Made by a program: the position numbers and the translations under genes. DNA of 63,677 bases, counting the filler. It is 11 parts of 11 records of this genome, joined end to end, with 100 filler letters (N's around TTAATTAATTAA, not from the genome) between each part and the next. Parts side by side here need not be neighbours in the genome. Positions count along the whole stretch, not along the records: positions 6,883 to 18,359 come from SRR11831586_867; positions 18,460 to 25,336 come from SRR11831586_870; 9 more parts are not named here. One strand, 5' to 3'. A model generated the notes under the pieces. The model saw only the letters and a list, made by a program, of their open reading frames with translations. It ran no database searches and had not been told where the DNA came from. Shown here piece after piece: positions 10,969 to 21,342 of this stretch. Numbering within the stretch: the stretch's first letter is position 1; each line of letters starts with the position of its first letter.

Positions 10969-13149
10969 ATGACAACTAAAAATATGAATACGCCACCAGG
11001 CAGCACTCAGGAAAATGAGATCGATCTGCTTCGTCTGGTCGGCGAGTTATGGGATCACCGTAAGTTTATTATCAGCGTGACCGCGTTATTCACGCTGATC
11101 GCTGTCGCTTACTCGCTGTTAAGCACACCAATTTATCAGGCAGATACTCTGGTCCAGGTTGAGCAAAAACAGGGCAACGCCATTCTCAGCGGCCTGAGCG
11201 ATATGATCCCTAACTCATCGCCCGAGTCTGCACCGGAGATCCAACTGCTGCAATCGCGCATGATTCTCGGTAAAACCATTGCTGAACTGAATCTGCGCGA
11301 CATAGTTGAGCAGAAGTATTTTCCGATTGTGGGTCGCGGCTGGGCGAGATTAACCAAAGAAAAACCAGGTGAGCTGGCGATCAGCTGGATGCATATTCCA
11401 CAACTGAATGGTCAGGATCAGCAACTGACACTCACGGTTGGGGAAAACGGCCACTATACACTGGAAGGTGAAGAGTTCACCGTCAATGGTATGGTCGGCC
11501 AGCGTCTGGAAAAAGATGGCGTTGCGCTGACTATCGCGGACATTAAGGCCAAACCAGGAACACAGTTTGTCCTGAGCCAGCGTACCGAACTGGAAGCGAT
11601 TAACGCATTGCAGGAAACCTTTACCGTTAGCGAACGCAGTAAAGAAAGCGGGATGCTGGAACTTACCATGACTGGTGATGATCCCCAGTTGATTACTCGT
11701 ATTCTGAACAGCATCGCTAACAACTATTTGCAACAGAATATCGCTCGCCAGGCGGCGCAGGATTCACAAAGCCTTGAATTCTTACAGCGCCAGTTACCTG
11801 AAGTGCGCAGCGAGCTGGACCAAGCGGAAGAAAAACTCAACGTTTATCGCCAGCAGCGCGATTCGGTTGACCTTAACCTGGAAGCCAAAGCCGTTCTTGA
11901 GCAGATTGTGAACGTTGATAATCAACTCAATGAGCTGACCTTCCGCGAGGCAGAGATCTCCCAGCTGTATAAGAAAGATCACCCAACTTATCGTGCGCTG
12001 CTGGAAAAACGCCAGACGCTGGAGCAAGAACGCAAACGCCTGAATAAGCGGGTATCGGCAATGCCTTCCACCCAACAGGAAGTGTTGCGTTTAAGTCGTG
12101 ACGTAGAAGCGGGCCGTGCGGTATATCTGCAATTACTTAACCGCCAGCAGGAGTTGAGTATTTCGAAATCCAGTGCCATTGGTAACGTGCGGATTATCGA
12201 CCCGGCAGTCACTCAGCCGCAGCCAGTGAAACCGAAAAAAGCGTTGAACGTGGTGCTTGGTTTTATTCTTGGCCTGTTTATTTCTGTGGGTGCCGTGCTG
12301 GCGCGTGCGATGTTGCGTCGTGGTGTAGAAGCCCCGGAACAACTGGAAGAGCACGGCATCAGCGTTTATGCCACTATCCCAATGTCCGAGTGGCTGGATA
12401 AACGCACCCGTCTGCGTAAGAAAAATTTATTTTCTAATCAGCAGCGCCATCGTACTAAAAATATCCCCTTCCTGGCGGTGGATAACCCGGCGGATTCTGC
12501 TGTGGAAGCCGTACGTGCGCTACGAACCAGTCTGCATTTCGCTATGATGGAGACGGAGAATAACATTCTAATGATCACCGGTGCGACGCCAGACAGTGGT
12601 AAAACGTTTGTCAGTTCAACTCTGGCAGCGGTGATCGCCCAGTCCGATCAAAAAGTGTTATTTATTGATGCCGACTTACGCCGTGGTTATTCGCATAACC
12701 TGTTTACCGTGAGTAATGAACATGGCTTGTCGGAATATCTGGCAGGTAAAGATGAGCTCAACAAAGTGATCCAGCATTTTGGCAAAGGAGGCTTTGATGT
12801 GATTACTCGCGGTCAGGTGCCACCTAACCCGTCTGAACTGCTGATGCGCGATCGGATGCGTCAATTACTGGAATGGGCGAACGACCATTACGATCTGGTG
12901 ATTGTCGATACGCCGCCGATGCTGGCGGTGAGTGATGCCGCGGTCGTGGGGCGTTCTGTTGGCACCAGCCTGCTGGTTGCGCGTTTTGGCTTGAACACCG
13001 CCAAAGAGGTGAGTTTGTCAATGCAGCGTCTGGAACAGGCAGGCGTCAATATTAAAGGCGCTATCCTCAATGGTGTGATTAAACGCGCCAGCACCGCTTA
13101 CAGTTACGGCTATAACTATTACGGTTATAGTTACTCCGAGAAAGAGTAA
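10969..13149 (+). CDS. etk: BY-kinase, tyrosine-protein kinase
   Basis: 726 aa; Walker A GATPDSGKT and C-terminal Tyr cluster YSYGYNYYGYSY. Confidence 0.98.
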   Translation: MTTKNMNTPPGSTQENEIDLLRLVGELWDHRKFIISVTALFTLIAVAYSLLSTPIYQADTLVQVEQKQGNAILSGLSDMIPNSSPESAPEIQLLQSRMILGKTIAELNLRDIVEQKYFPIVGRGWARLTKEKPGELAISWMHIPQLNGQDQQLTLTVGENGHYTLEGEEFTVNGMVGQRLEKDGVALTIADIKAKPGTQFVLSQRTELEAINALQETFTVSERSKESGMLELTMTGDDPQLITRILNSIANNYLQQNIARQAAQDSQSLEFLQRQLPEVRSELDQAEEKLNVYRQQRDSVDLNLEAKAVLEQIVNVDNQLNELTFREAEISQLYKKDHPTYRALLEKRQTLEQERKRLNKRVSAMPSTQQEVLRLSRDVEAGRAVYLQLLNRQQELSISKSSAIGNVRIIDPAVTQPQPVKPKKALNVVLGFILGLFISVGAVLARAMLRRGVEAPEQLEEHGISVYATIPMSEWLDKRTRLRKKNLFSNQQRHRTKNIPFLAVDNPADSAVEAVRALRTSLHFAMMETENNILMITGATPDSGKTFVSSTLAAVIAQSDQKVLFIDADLRRGYSHNLFTVSNEHGLSEYLAGKDELNKVIQHFGKGGFDVITRGQVPPNPSELLMRDRMRQLLEWANDHYDLVIVDTPPMLAVSDAAVVGRSVGTSLLVARFGLNTAKEVSLSMQRLEQAGVNIKGAILNGVIKRASTAYSYGYNYYGYSYSEKE

Positions 13150-13160
13150 AACTGAAAGTG

Positions 13161-13194
13161 GCCGGATGCGGCGTGAACGCCTTTTCCGGTCTAC
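13161..13194. repeat. REP (PU) element
   Basis: GCCGGATGCGGCGTGAACGCCTTTTCCGGTCTAC between convergent etk and appA. Confidence 0.9.
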
Positions 13195-13263
13195 GCATTA
13201 GACAGTTCTTCGTTTGTCATCAGCCTCAGAGCATTCAGGTAACTGAATGCTCTTTTTTATGCA

Positions 13264-14562
13264 TTACAAACTGCACGCCGGTATGCGTGCTTCATTCACG
13301 ATTTGCGTAAAACCTGCCAACGAACACATGCCCTGCGCATTTCGCTCTTCACATCCTGCCAGGGTCAGTTTCACCTCTCCGGGCGGCGTATTTAATGACA
13401 GCGGCGTTTTATCACGCATCTGCTGTAAAGTCTGGAAGACCAGCGAAACCTGAATCCACTGGCTGTTATCGCTTAGCCGACGCCAGCGTTCAAACACCAG
13501 TTCACCACCTGGCGGCGTGTTATCCGGCTGACCGGGAAGCGTCCAGTTGAGCTCCAGTGCGCCGCCGAGATTTGCCAGATTAGTATCGTGTCCGGCGATA
13601 AACAGCACTGAAGTGGGTAATGTCACACCATACGCCTGTTTTTGCGGTGGATGGGGCGTCAACGCTGTCTTGATCAAATCTAATAACGGGGTGGCGCGGC
13701 TGCGGGCAACCTCTGGCGTGCGTTGTAGCAAATAAAATTGCGCGTTATGCAAACTTAGCAAGGTGTTCCACTGGTGTGAATCGGTGATCCTTCCCCACCC
13801 CGGCTCCGGCATTCCCTGTGCTTGTTGCAGGAGAAATATCTCCGTCAGCATTGATGCGAGGCTTACCGCACCGGTTAATGAGACATTGTCGGCGCTCACC
13901 TTGAGTTCCGATGGTAATGCCTGCGTTAATGAACAGCTTTCGTCCTGTTTCTCACGTTTAAGGCACAAGTTTGATTGCGGAAAATTAAGCACCCGTTCCA
14001 GTTCGCGAAACGCCGTTTGCCGATGCCCGGTAAAGTCAGCAATTGACCCTCCTGCCCTGCTGAGGATCGCGTCAGTCACGTTCGCGTTATCCAGTTGGCA
14101 AACGCCAGTTTTTAGAGGATTAAATAACGGATCGGGACTGGACGTATCTGCCTGGGTATGTACGGTTATTGCACAGTCAGGTGCCAGCCCGGCGGCGAAG
14201 GCTTCGCCTGTTTTACGGGTACGCTCGTCGACATCAGCAATAATCGCGACCTGACCAGACTGCGGGCAGCCCTTTTTCGCCAGCAATCCGTCGGCTACCA
14301 GACGCTGGCGTTGGTAATGTCCGAGATAGGCGATTAGCTCACCACCGCGCGGTGTCAGCCAACCCAGTTTTACCGGCCAGGTTGGCCATGCGTCTGGGGT
14401 GACATCCTGCATCAGTTGCGTGGCCTTGGTTGGAGCACGCACACCATGACGACTGACAATCACCACACTTTCCAGCTTCAGCTCCGGCTCACTCTGAGCG
14501 AATGCAGATTGCGGGGTTAACGGAATCAGAAGAGATAAAAATGGGATTAAGATCGCTTTCAT
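13264..14562 (-). CDS. appA: periplasmic acid phosphatase/phytase
   Basis: 432 aa from MKAILIPF; RHGVRAP and HD histidine-acid-phosphatase motifs. Confidence 0.98.
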   Translation of the reverse strand: MKAILIPFLSLLIPLTPQSAFAQSEPELKLESVVIVSRHGVRAPTKATQLMQDVTPDAWPTWPVKLGWLTPRGGELIAYLGHYQRQRLVADGLLAKKGCPQSGQVAIIADVDERTRKTGEAFAAGLAPDCAITVHTQADTSSPDPLFNPLKTGVCQLDNANVTDAILSRAGGSIADFTGHRQTAFRELERVLNFPQSNLCLKREKQDESCSLTQALPSELKVSADNVSLTGAVSLASMLTEIFLLQQAQGMPEPGWGRITDSHQWNTLLSLHNAQFYLLQRTPEVARSRATPLLDLIKTALTPHPPQKQAYGVTLPTSVLFIAGHDTNLANLGGALELNWTLPGQPDNTPPGGELVFERWRRLSDNSQWIQVSLVFQTLQQMRDKTPLSLNTPPGEVKLTLAGCEERNAQGMCSLAGFTQIVNEARIPACSL

Positions 14563-14599
14563 CGATATGTTTCCGCTTTTCATATCTGACATTATTGAT

Positions 14600-14637
14600 T
14601 GCCTGATGCGATGCTAATGCGCCGCATCAGGCCTACG
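14600..14637. repeat. REP element
   Basis: TGCCTGATGCG...CGCATCAGGCCTACG palindrome. Confidence 0.82.
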
Positions 14638-14641
14638 TTCG

Positions 14642-14734
14642 TTAACTTTTCAGACGCGGGTCCAGCCATACCAACACAAGGGTGGAGAGCGAACACATCA
14701 ACAAAATGCCGACGAACCAAAGTAAATACCACAT
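14642..14734 (-). CDS. appX: cytochrome bd-II small subunit (30 aa)
   Basis: manual translation MWYLLWFVGILLMCSLSTLVLVWLDPRLKS*, with GGAG RBS after the appB stop; below the ORF-track cutoff. Confidence 0.95.
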   Translation of the reverse strand: MWYLLWFVGILLMCSLSTLVLVWLDPRLKS

Positions 14735-14746
14735 TGTTTCTGCTCC

Positions 14747-15883
14747 TTAGTACAACTCGTTTTCGTTACGGCGGAGAGTTTCTGTTGTCATGCGCCCCCA
14801 CATTTTGTAGTAGCTCCAGAGAGTGTAGAGCAACACAATGGGCAAAAATATCAGCACGATTACCAACATAATGCTCAGCGTCAGCTGACTGGAAGTACTG
14901 TCCCACAACGTCAGGCTGGAGATCGGACTCACGCTTGACGGCATGACAAAGGGGAACAGCGTGATGCCTGCCGTGAAAATCACGCCAAATTGCATCAATG
15001 ATGCCATCAAAAATCCCCAACCCGGGCGACCACGATAAATCGCCATCACCGTCAGCAATGGGCAGAAGAATCCCAGCAGCGGGAAGATCCACAAAACGGG
15101 CGACTCGACAAAATTATTCATCCAGGCACCAGGTAGCACTGCCACCAGTTTCATTAACGGATTGGAAGGACCGTTAGCATCCTGGGCGAGCAGTACAAAG
15201 CCATCAATACCGACCCACAGCCAGTAACCCGCCAGCAAAAAGCACAGCATCACCAACAGTGCAGCGCGTTTGGTCGCCAGCTGTGAACGCAGATGAATCA
15301 CACCAACAGTTTTCAGTTGTAACCAGACGCCACCTTGCAAAATCACCATCCCAAGGCTGAGCAATCCGCACAATAAAGGGAATGGCGTCAGCAGTTGCCA
15401 GAAGCTGCCGAGATACTCCACGCGTAATTGCGGTGTGAAGGCAAACGGCACGCCGAGCAACAAGTTGCCGAAGGCGATACCGAAGACTACCGGCGGCACC
15501 AGACTGCCGATGACCAGACCGGCGTCCCACATTTTACGCCAGCGTGCATCGGCGATTTTTCCGCGATAATCAAAGGCCAGCGGGCGGAAGAACAGTGAGC
15601 ACAGCACCAGGATCATCGCCACATAAAAGCCGGAAAACGCCGCTGCATACACTCTGGGCCAGGCGGCAAATAATGCCCCACCAGCGAGGATCAACCAGAC
15701 CTGGTTGCCTTCCCAGTGTGCACCAACGCTGTTTATCACTATCCGGCGTTCATCATCATTACGCGCCACCAGCGGCAGCAGACAGCCGATCCCCATGTCA
15801 AATCCGTCGGAGATCATAAAGACCACCAGGATCACGCCAATCAGCAGCCACCAGATGAAGCGCAATGTTTCATAATCAAACAT
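14747..15883 (-). CDS. appB: cytochrome bd-II oxidase subunit 2
   Basis: 378 aa; DGFDMG and WEGNQVW CydB-family motifs. Confidence 0.97.
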
Positions 15884-15894
15884 GATTTTCTCCT

Positions 15895-17439
15895 TTACCC
15901 CTGTTGCTGCGTCGGTTGTTCACTCTGCATCGCGCTCGGCCCCAGACGGGCATATTTCTGCATCAGGTAGACTTCGGCGATTAAGAACAGGGTGTAAAGC
16001 CCTACGATCATGATCAGTGAGAAAGCCAGTTGTCCTGTGGTTAAAGCGGAGTGCGCGGAGTATGTCGGTAAGATGTCCTGTATCGCCCACGGCTGACGAC
16101 CAAACTCGGTCATAAACCACCCGGCTTCAATCGCAATCCACGGCAACGGCAAACTCCAGAGCGCCATTTTCAGCACCCAGCGATGCTGGTCGATTTTGCC
16201 ACGCAGCGTCTGGACAAGCGCAATCAGCATCACCAGTAGCAGCAGGGAACCACAGCCCACCATGATGCGGAAACTCCAGAATACCGGCGCAACCTGAGGT
16301 ATCGCGCCACGCATCGCCGCCTGGTACTGTGCGGCTGTGACATGATTCATATCCGGCGCATAGCGGGAGAGCAACATGCCGTAGCCCAGGTCACCTTCCA
16401 GTCCCCGGAATGCCTGCAACACATGCGGCTCACGATTGCCTTGCGATATTTCCTGCATTAACAGCCAGGCCATACGTCCGCGTTGCAAGCGTGGGTAGGT
16501 TTCAGCCATCAAATTCTTCAGACCCGGCACGGGTTTATCTAATGAGTGAGTGGCGAGGATCCCTAGCAGCGCGGGAATTTTGAGGGCAAAGGCGTTACGC
16601 TCTTGATCCTGTTCCGGCCAGGCAACCACATGGAACGGTGCAGGTGCAGGTTCCGTTTGCCACTCCCCTTCCATCGCCGCCAGTTTTACCGGTTGTACTT
16701 GCGCGACTTCATACGCAGAACTGTCTCCGAGTTGCAGGGTACCGATAATCGCCAGAGTACCGAAGACGGAACCGATGGCAAACGAGCGTAATGCGACATT
16801 GCGCTCCCGTCCGCGCAGTAAATACCAGGCGCTGATCGCCATAATAAACATGGCCCCGGTCACGTAGCCCGCCATTACGGTGTGCACAAATTTCACCTGG
16901 CTGACCGGATTAAAGACCAGCTCGCTGAAGCTGGTCATCTCCATACGCAGGGTGTCGATATCAAAATGCGCACCGGTCGGGTATTGCATCCAACCGTTGG
17001 CATTCAATATCCACAACGCAGAGAGATTTGAACCGAACGCCACCAGCCACGTCACCAGCAGGTGCTGGTATTTATTCAGCCGTTGCCAGCCGAAGAAGAA
17101 CAGCCCGACAAAGGTGGATTCGAGGAAGAAGGCCATTAATGCTTCCATCGCCAGCGGTGCGCCAAAAATATCGCCCACATAGTTGGAATAGAATGACCAG
17201 TTAGTACCAAACTGAAACTCCATGGTCAGGCCGGTAGCCACGCCAAGAGCAAAATTGATACCGAAGAGCTTACCCCAGAAGCGCGTCATATCGCGGTAGA
17301 TTGTTTTGCCGGTGACCACGTAAATGGTTTCCATAATAGCCAGCAAAAAAATCAGCCCCAGGGTAAGGGGTACAAATAAAAAGTGATACAGCGCGGTCAG
17401 AGCAAACTGCCAGCGCGATAAATCAATGACATCCCACAT
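15895..17439 (-). CDS. appC: cytochrome bd-II oxidase subunit 1
   Basis: 514 aa; [15 protein letters not shown] and GRQPW motifs. Confidence 0.97.
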
Positions 17440-17572
17440 GCGCACTCCTGTAGGCGAAGAGAGAAAAATAACCCGATAATGGTAGATCTCCCTCTTTATC
17501 CTGAAACTCTACGACCAGAGGTATTCGCCGATTGCGATATTCATAAGACTGAAAGCGATACTTACCGTCTTT

Positions 17573-18358
17573 TTACGTCGGTGCAGCTTCCGCCAGCCAC
17601 TGACATACCTCGCTAAGCCGCTGCGCAGAGTCGACCAAATCTTCTGGCGCTGCCAGCACCACTTCCGGTATTGGGCAGATTTCATAACTTTCCAGTAACG
17701 GGCCTTTTAAGGTGTCCGTACAGCGTAAATGCCAGACATGGCGTAACCCCGTGGCGTTGATATAGCTCTCGCCATAGCCAATGGTACGAATCTGAATATT
17801 TCCCGGCCCACAGAGACGTGAGAGAAAAAGCCGATCAGCCTCGCTGATGGGTAATTGCGTCAGATTAATGCTGTGCGGCTGCGCGTCGGGGTTACGTACA
17901 TGTGCCAGTAACTCATGCGCCAACGGTAGGCCATTCATCAGGCCATCAATGGGCGGCGGTAACAGCGAATCTGTCGGCAAGAGATTTTGCGTTGCCGCCT
18001 GCCACAACGCCAGCGGCGCGCAGCCAGCCTCCAGTTTGTCCTCCAGCAACTTTTCGCCGCGACGTCTGCGCACCCGCCATAATCCGCAGAAGATCGCCTC
18101 CTGTATTTCACTTTCACTGTCGTCAGCCTGCTGAATGCGCACTGACACTTCCCCTTCCCCGAGAAGCGTATTGATAAAGTGACGATCGTCGGCGTTGAGA
18201 TTTAACAGATCGACTGCCAGCACCTCGCCCAACGGCGGTTGGCGTTCGCTTAGTTGATGTTGTAACTCGTTTAACAGCGCAATCACCTGCGGGCTGTGAG
18301 CACATTGCTCCAGGGCCGCCATACTCGGTTCATCATTCACCTGACAGGTGATCGGCAG
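17573..18358 (-). CDS. hyaF: hydrogenase-1 operon protein HyaF, 3' part (truncated)
   Basis: HupH-like sequence (LLGEGEVS, INLTQLP, GYGE) upstream of appC. Confidence 0.92.
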   Translation of the reverse strand: MPITCQVNDEPSMAALEQCAHSPQVIALLNELQHQLSERQPPLGEVLAVDLLNLNADDRHFINTLLGEGEVSVRIQQADDSESEIQEAIFCGLWRVRRRRGEKLLEDKLEAGCAPLALWQAATQNLLPTDSLLPPPIDGLMNGLPLAHELLAHVRNPDAQPHSINLTQLPISEADRLFLSRLCGPGNIQIRTIGYGESYINATGLRHVWHLRCTDTLKGPLLESYEICPIPEVVLAAPEDLVDSAQRLSEVCQWLAEAAPT

Positions 18359-18359
18359 T

Positions 18360-18459
18360 NNNNNNNNNNNNNNNNNNNNNNNNNNNNNNNNNNNNNNNNN
18401 NNNTTAATTAATTAANNNNNNNNNNNNNNNNNNNNNNNNNNNNNNNNNNNNNNNNNNNN
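18360..18459. other. artificial contig linker
   Basis: 44N-TTAATTAATTAA-44N. Confidence 0.99.
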
Positions 18460-18657
18460 GGTGTGGGTTATGGTAAATTCCAGACCACTGAATACCCGAC
18501 CTACAAACACGACACCAGCGACTACGGTTTCTCCTACGGTGCGGGTCTGCAGTTCAACCCGATGGAAAACGTTGCTCTGGACTTCTCTTACGAGCAGAGC
18601 CGTATTCGTAGCGTTGACGTAGGCACCTGGATTGCCGGTGTTGGTTACCGCTTCTAA
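18460..18657 (+). CDS. ompX: outer membrane protein X, 3' part (truncated)
   Basis: YGAGLQFNP...WIAGVGYRF Ail/OmpX C-terminus. Confidence 0.96.
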   Translation, partial: GVGYGKFQTTEYPTYKHDTSDYGFSYGAGLQFNPMENVALDFSYEQSRIRSVDVGTWIAGVGYRF

Positions 18658-18672
18658 TCACTTTGGTGATAT

Positions 18673-18701
18673 AAAAAATCCGCCTCTCGGGGCGGATTTT
18701 T
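18673..18701. terminator. bidirectional intrinsic terminator
   Basis: AAAAAATCCGCC-TCTCGG-GGCGGATTTTT between convergent ompX and opgE. Confidence 0.85.
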
Positions 18702-18705
18702 GTTT

Positions 18706-20289
18706 TTAAGGTTTCGGGTCGAAAATATCGGTTCCGAGATGGTTGTAATCCACCTTCTGTAACTGGAAGTTGGTGATGTATATCGGCCCGGCTTTCTTCT
18801 CAGATATAAACGGGTATTTGATGTTAATTTCCTTCGCTTTAATCCCCGTCCACTGGGAGAAAAAGCCTAAGAAGTCATTGGCTGAGCGGCGGGCTTTAAT
18901 CACACGATGCGCTTTATCGTCGCTGGAAATGACCATAAAAGGCACCTGGAAATTTTGCTGATATTTATCATCATGGGCAAGGTATTGCACGTCTTTACCG
19001 CGCTCTTTAAAGGCCAGACCGTGGTCAGAAAAGTAAACCAGCGAGAAGCTGCTGCCGCTGTTGCGTAACTGATCGTACAGCTTGCGCAGTAAATCGTCCG
19101 TTTGCGTCATGGTATAGAGATAGCACGACGTTTCTTTCGATTGCACAAAGGTTTCGTATTTTCCTTGTGTCCTGTCGCAGGCCTGCGGATGTGAGCCCAT
19201 CAGATGTAGAACAATCAGCTGCGGTTGCGAGTGCTCTTGCGCCAGCACTTGAGCGGTCATATCCAGTAACGCTTCGTCTTTGGTGTTTTTATCTGCTTCA
19301 AAATTACCTTCTTTCAGGAAGTACACTTCATCTGCTCGTTTGGCGATGCTGGCGATAGCGGTATCGTATTCGCCGATTTGACCCTGGTTGGAAAACCACC
19401 AGGTCTGGAAGCCCGCGCGATTTGCCAGGGTGACAAAGTTATCCTGAAACTGTGGTTTGCCATCGACAACGCGATTGAGCGTTAAGCCAAGCGATTTCTG
19501 CGTGGAGCCACTGGCGGCAATGTAGTCAGCAAATATCAAACCGTTAACGCTGCTGGCAAACGGGGTATTGTCCCAGTGACCGCCAAAGGCACCGAGGGCA
19601 TCGCGACGCGCGCTTTCACCGATCACCACCACATAGGTCTGATACTTCGGCTTAACGGCAGTGACCGTCCAGGTATCTTTCATTCCGGAAAGTTTTGCCA
19701 TCCGTTCTTGCTCTTCAATCACCTCGTTATTATTGACGATGACATCCTTAGCAAAACGAAATACCGGATAGCCAGTATCTTTCAGTTTAAATACGCCACC
19801 CCAGGCCAGGTTTTGCACGGGAGCAACAAAAAATGTCGCCACACTGAATACCAGACACAGGCTGTCGAAGGTATTCCAGCGCGCTTTTTCATTCTCTTTT
19901 TTTCGCCTGATTGCTATTACGCCGAGCGCAAAAATAAATAAGCCGACCAGGTAGCTGTACCACGGAAAAATCGTCAGGATTTCGGTCGACTCTTCCATAT
20001 TGGTGGAGTGCAATGCCAGCAATGTATTGAAATTAGGCGCGCCGTAGGCCTGAGCAAAAGGGAAATAACAAGCCGCCACCAGCGAACTGACACCGACCAG
20101 AACTTTTTGTACGCGAGGCAATGTTCGCCATAGCAAAAGCAAAATAGCCGTAAACGCAGCGGTGTAGAGCAAACTGAAGGGGTAACCTAAGCCGAGGTTA
20201 ATTAATAGCGACTGTAAAAAGTAGAACGCAGTCCACGGGCTAAATACCCGGCTACGGGTAACAAGCGATTCTTTGAGGGTTAAATTCAT
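18706..20289 (-). CDS. opgE: phosphoethanolamine transferase (OPG modification)
   Basis: 527 aa; VVIGESAR, HLMGSH and YFSDHG motifs; formerly ybiP. Confidence 0.95.
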   Translation of the reverse strand: MNLTLKESLVTRSRVFSPWTAFYFLQSLLINLGLGYPFSLLYTAAFTAILLLLWRTLPRVQKVLVGVSSLVAACYFPFAQAYGAPNFNTLLALHSTNMEESTEILTIFPWYSYLVGLFIFALGVIAIRRKKENEKARWNTFDSLCLVFSVATFFVAPVQNLAWGGVFKLKDTGYPVFRFAKDVIVNNNEVIEEQERMAKLSGMKDTWTVTAVKPKYQTYVVVIGESARRDALGAFGGHWDNTPFASSVNGLIFADYIAASGSTQKSLGLTLNRVVDGKPQFQDNFVTLANRAGFQTWWFSNQGQIGEYDTAIASIAKRADEVYFLKEGNFEADKNTKDEALLDMTAQVLAQEHSQPQLIVLHLMGSHPQACDRTQGKYETFVQSKETSCYLYTMTQTDDLLRKLYDQLRNSGSSFSLVYFSDHGLAFKERGKDVQYLAHDDKYQQNFQVPFMVISSDDKAHRVIKARRSANDFLGFFSQWTGIKAKEINIKYPFISEKKAGPIYITNFQLQKVDYNHLGTDIFDPKP

Positions 20290-20560
20290 ATGCCACTATC
20301 GTAACAAACGCCATGTGCTTACCCTGGCGTCAAGGGTCAATACCTGCAAGAGTGCGTGAAGAGTGGAAAGGGGTCCGCATCCGCGAGCCGCAATATACGC
20401 AGGGCTGCAAGAAGATAGAGCGAGCCGCCGTTCAGGTCAACTACTGACGAACAAATCTTTTGCGAAGGGGATTGCAAATCCGACAAAAAGTGGGGTTTTT
20501 CAGACCAAAACGCGTTATGCCTGCATGAAAGCAGGAGTGAAGCGGCGTACCGCGACGCCG

Positions 20561-20689
20561 CTATTTATCGGAAGGTTTATCTTGCTGCGGTTTGTTGTTG
20601 ACCATATCGCACAACATAGAGAGCAGCATTAACCGTACTTTAAAGGGAGAATGACTAAACACGCGCATACACCTCTTGAACTCATTCAT
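20561..20689 (-). CDS. mntS: small manganese-response protein (42 aa), rybA locus
   Basis: manual translation MNEFKRCMRVFSHSPFKVRLMLLSMLCDMVNNKPQQDKPSDK*; AGGAGG RBS; divergent from mntR. Confidence 0.94.
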   Translation of the reverse strand: MNEFKRCMRVFSHSPFKVRLMLLSMLCDMVNNKPQQDKPSDK

Positions 20690-20747
20690 AAGACCTCCTG
20701 ACTTGCTAATCCCGTCGATCCTTGAGGGATGATTGCATTACATACAG

Positions 20748-20784
20748 ATATAGCACAGGCTATATTATATAGCTATTGCTAAAA
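20748..20784. promoter_or_regulatory. MntR operator-like palindromes (tandem)
   Basis: ATATAGC-ACAG-GCTATAT (20748-20765) and ATATAGC-TATT-GCTAAAA (20767-20784) resemble the ATAGC-N4-GCTAT MntR box. Confidence 0.72.
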
Positions 20785-20874
20785 CGTTAATTTTTTGTAC
20801 CTTCGCAACTCTGGTTTACAATGTGCGCACGAAATGAGAACGCTATGTATGCGTCACCATAATGAGGAAGCACA

Positions 20875-21342
20875 ATGAGTCGTCGCGCAGGTACGCCAAC
20901 AGCAAAAAAAGTGACGCAGTTAGTGAACGTGGAAGAGCACGTTGAAGGGTTCCGCCAGGTCAGAGAGGCGCATCGGCGCGAGCTTATTGATGATTACGTT
21001 GAGCTGATTTCTGACTTGATCAGGGAAGTGGGGGAAGCTCGTCAGGTGGACATGGCTGCTCGTCTGGGAGTTTCGCAACCGACGGTGGCTAAAATGCTTA
21101 AGCGGCTGGCAACCATGGGGCTGATTGAAATGATCCCCTGGCGTGGCGTGTTTTTAACGGCAGAAGGAGAGAAGCTGGCGCAGGAAAGCCGCGAGCGACA
21201 TCAGATAGTCGAAAATTTCTTGTTGGTGTTGGGCGTCAGTCCGGAAATCGCCCGTCGCGACGCGGAAGGCATGGAGCACCATGTTAGTGAAGAGACGCTC
21301 GACGCTTTTCGTTTGTTTACCCAGAAACACGGTGCCAAATGA
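20875..21342 (+). CDS. mntR: Mn2+-responsive DtxR-family regulator
   Basis: 155 aa; [19 protein letters not shown] and EGMEHH motifs. Confidence 0.97.

Noticed and set aside
6884-13149. gfc/etp/etk cluster as a novel capsule island
   Set aside because: It is the known E. coli group 4 capsule operon; its promoter region is outside the contig, so expression status cannot be judged
20363-20632. 89-aa plus-strand ORF between opgE and mntR
   Set aside because: No recognisable motif and antisense to the real mntS ORF
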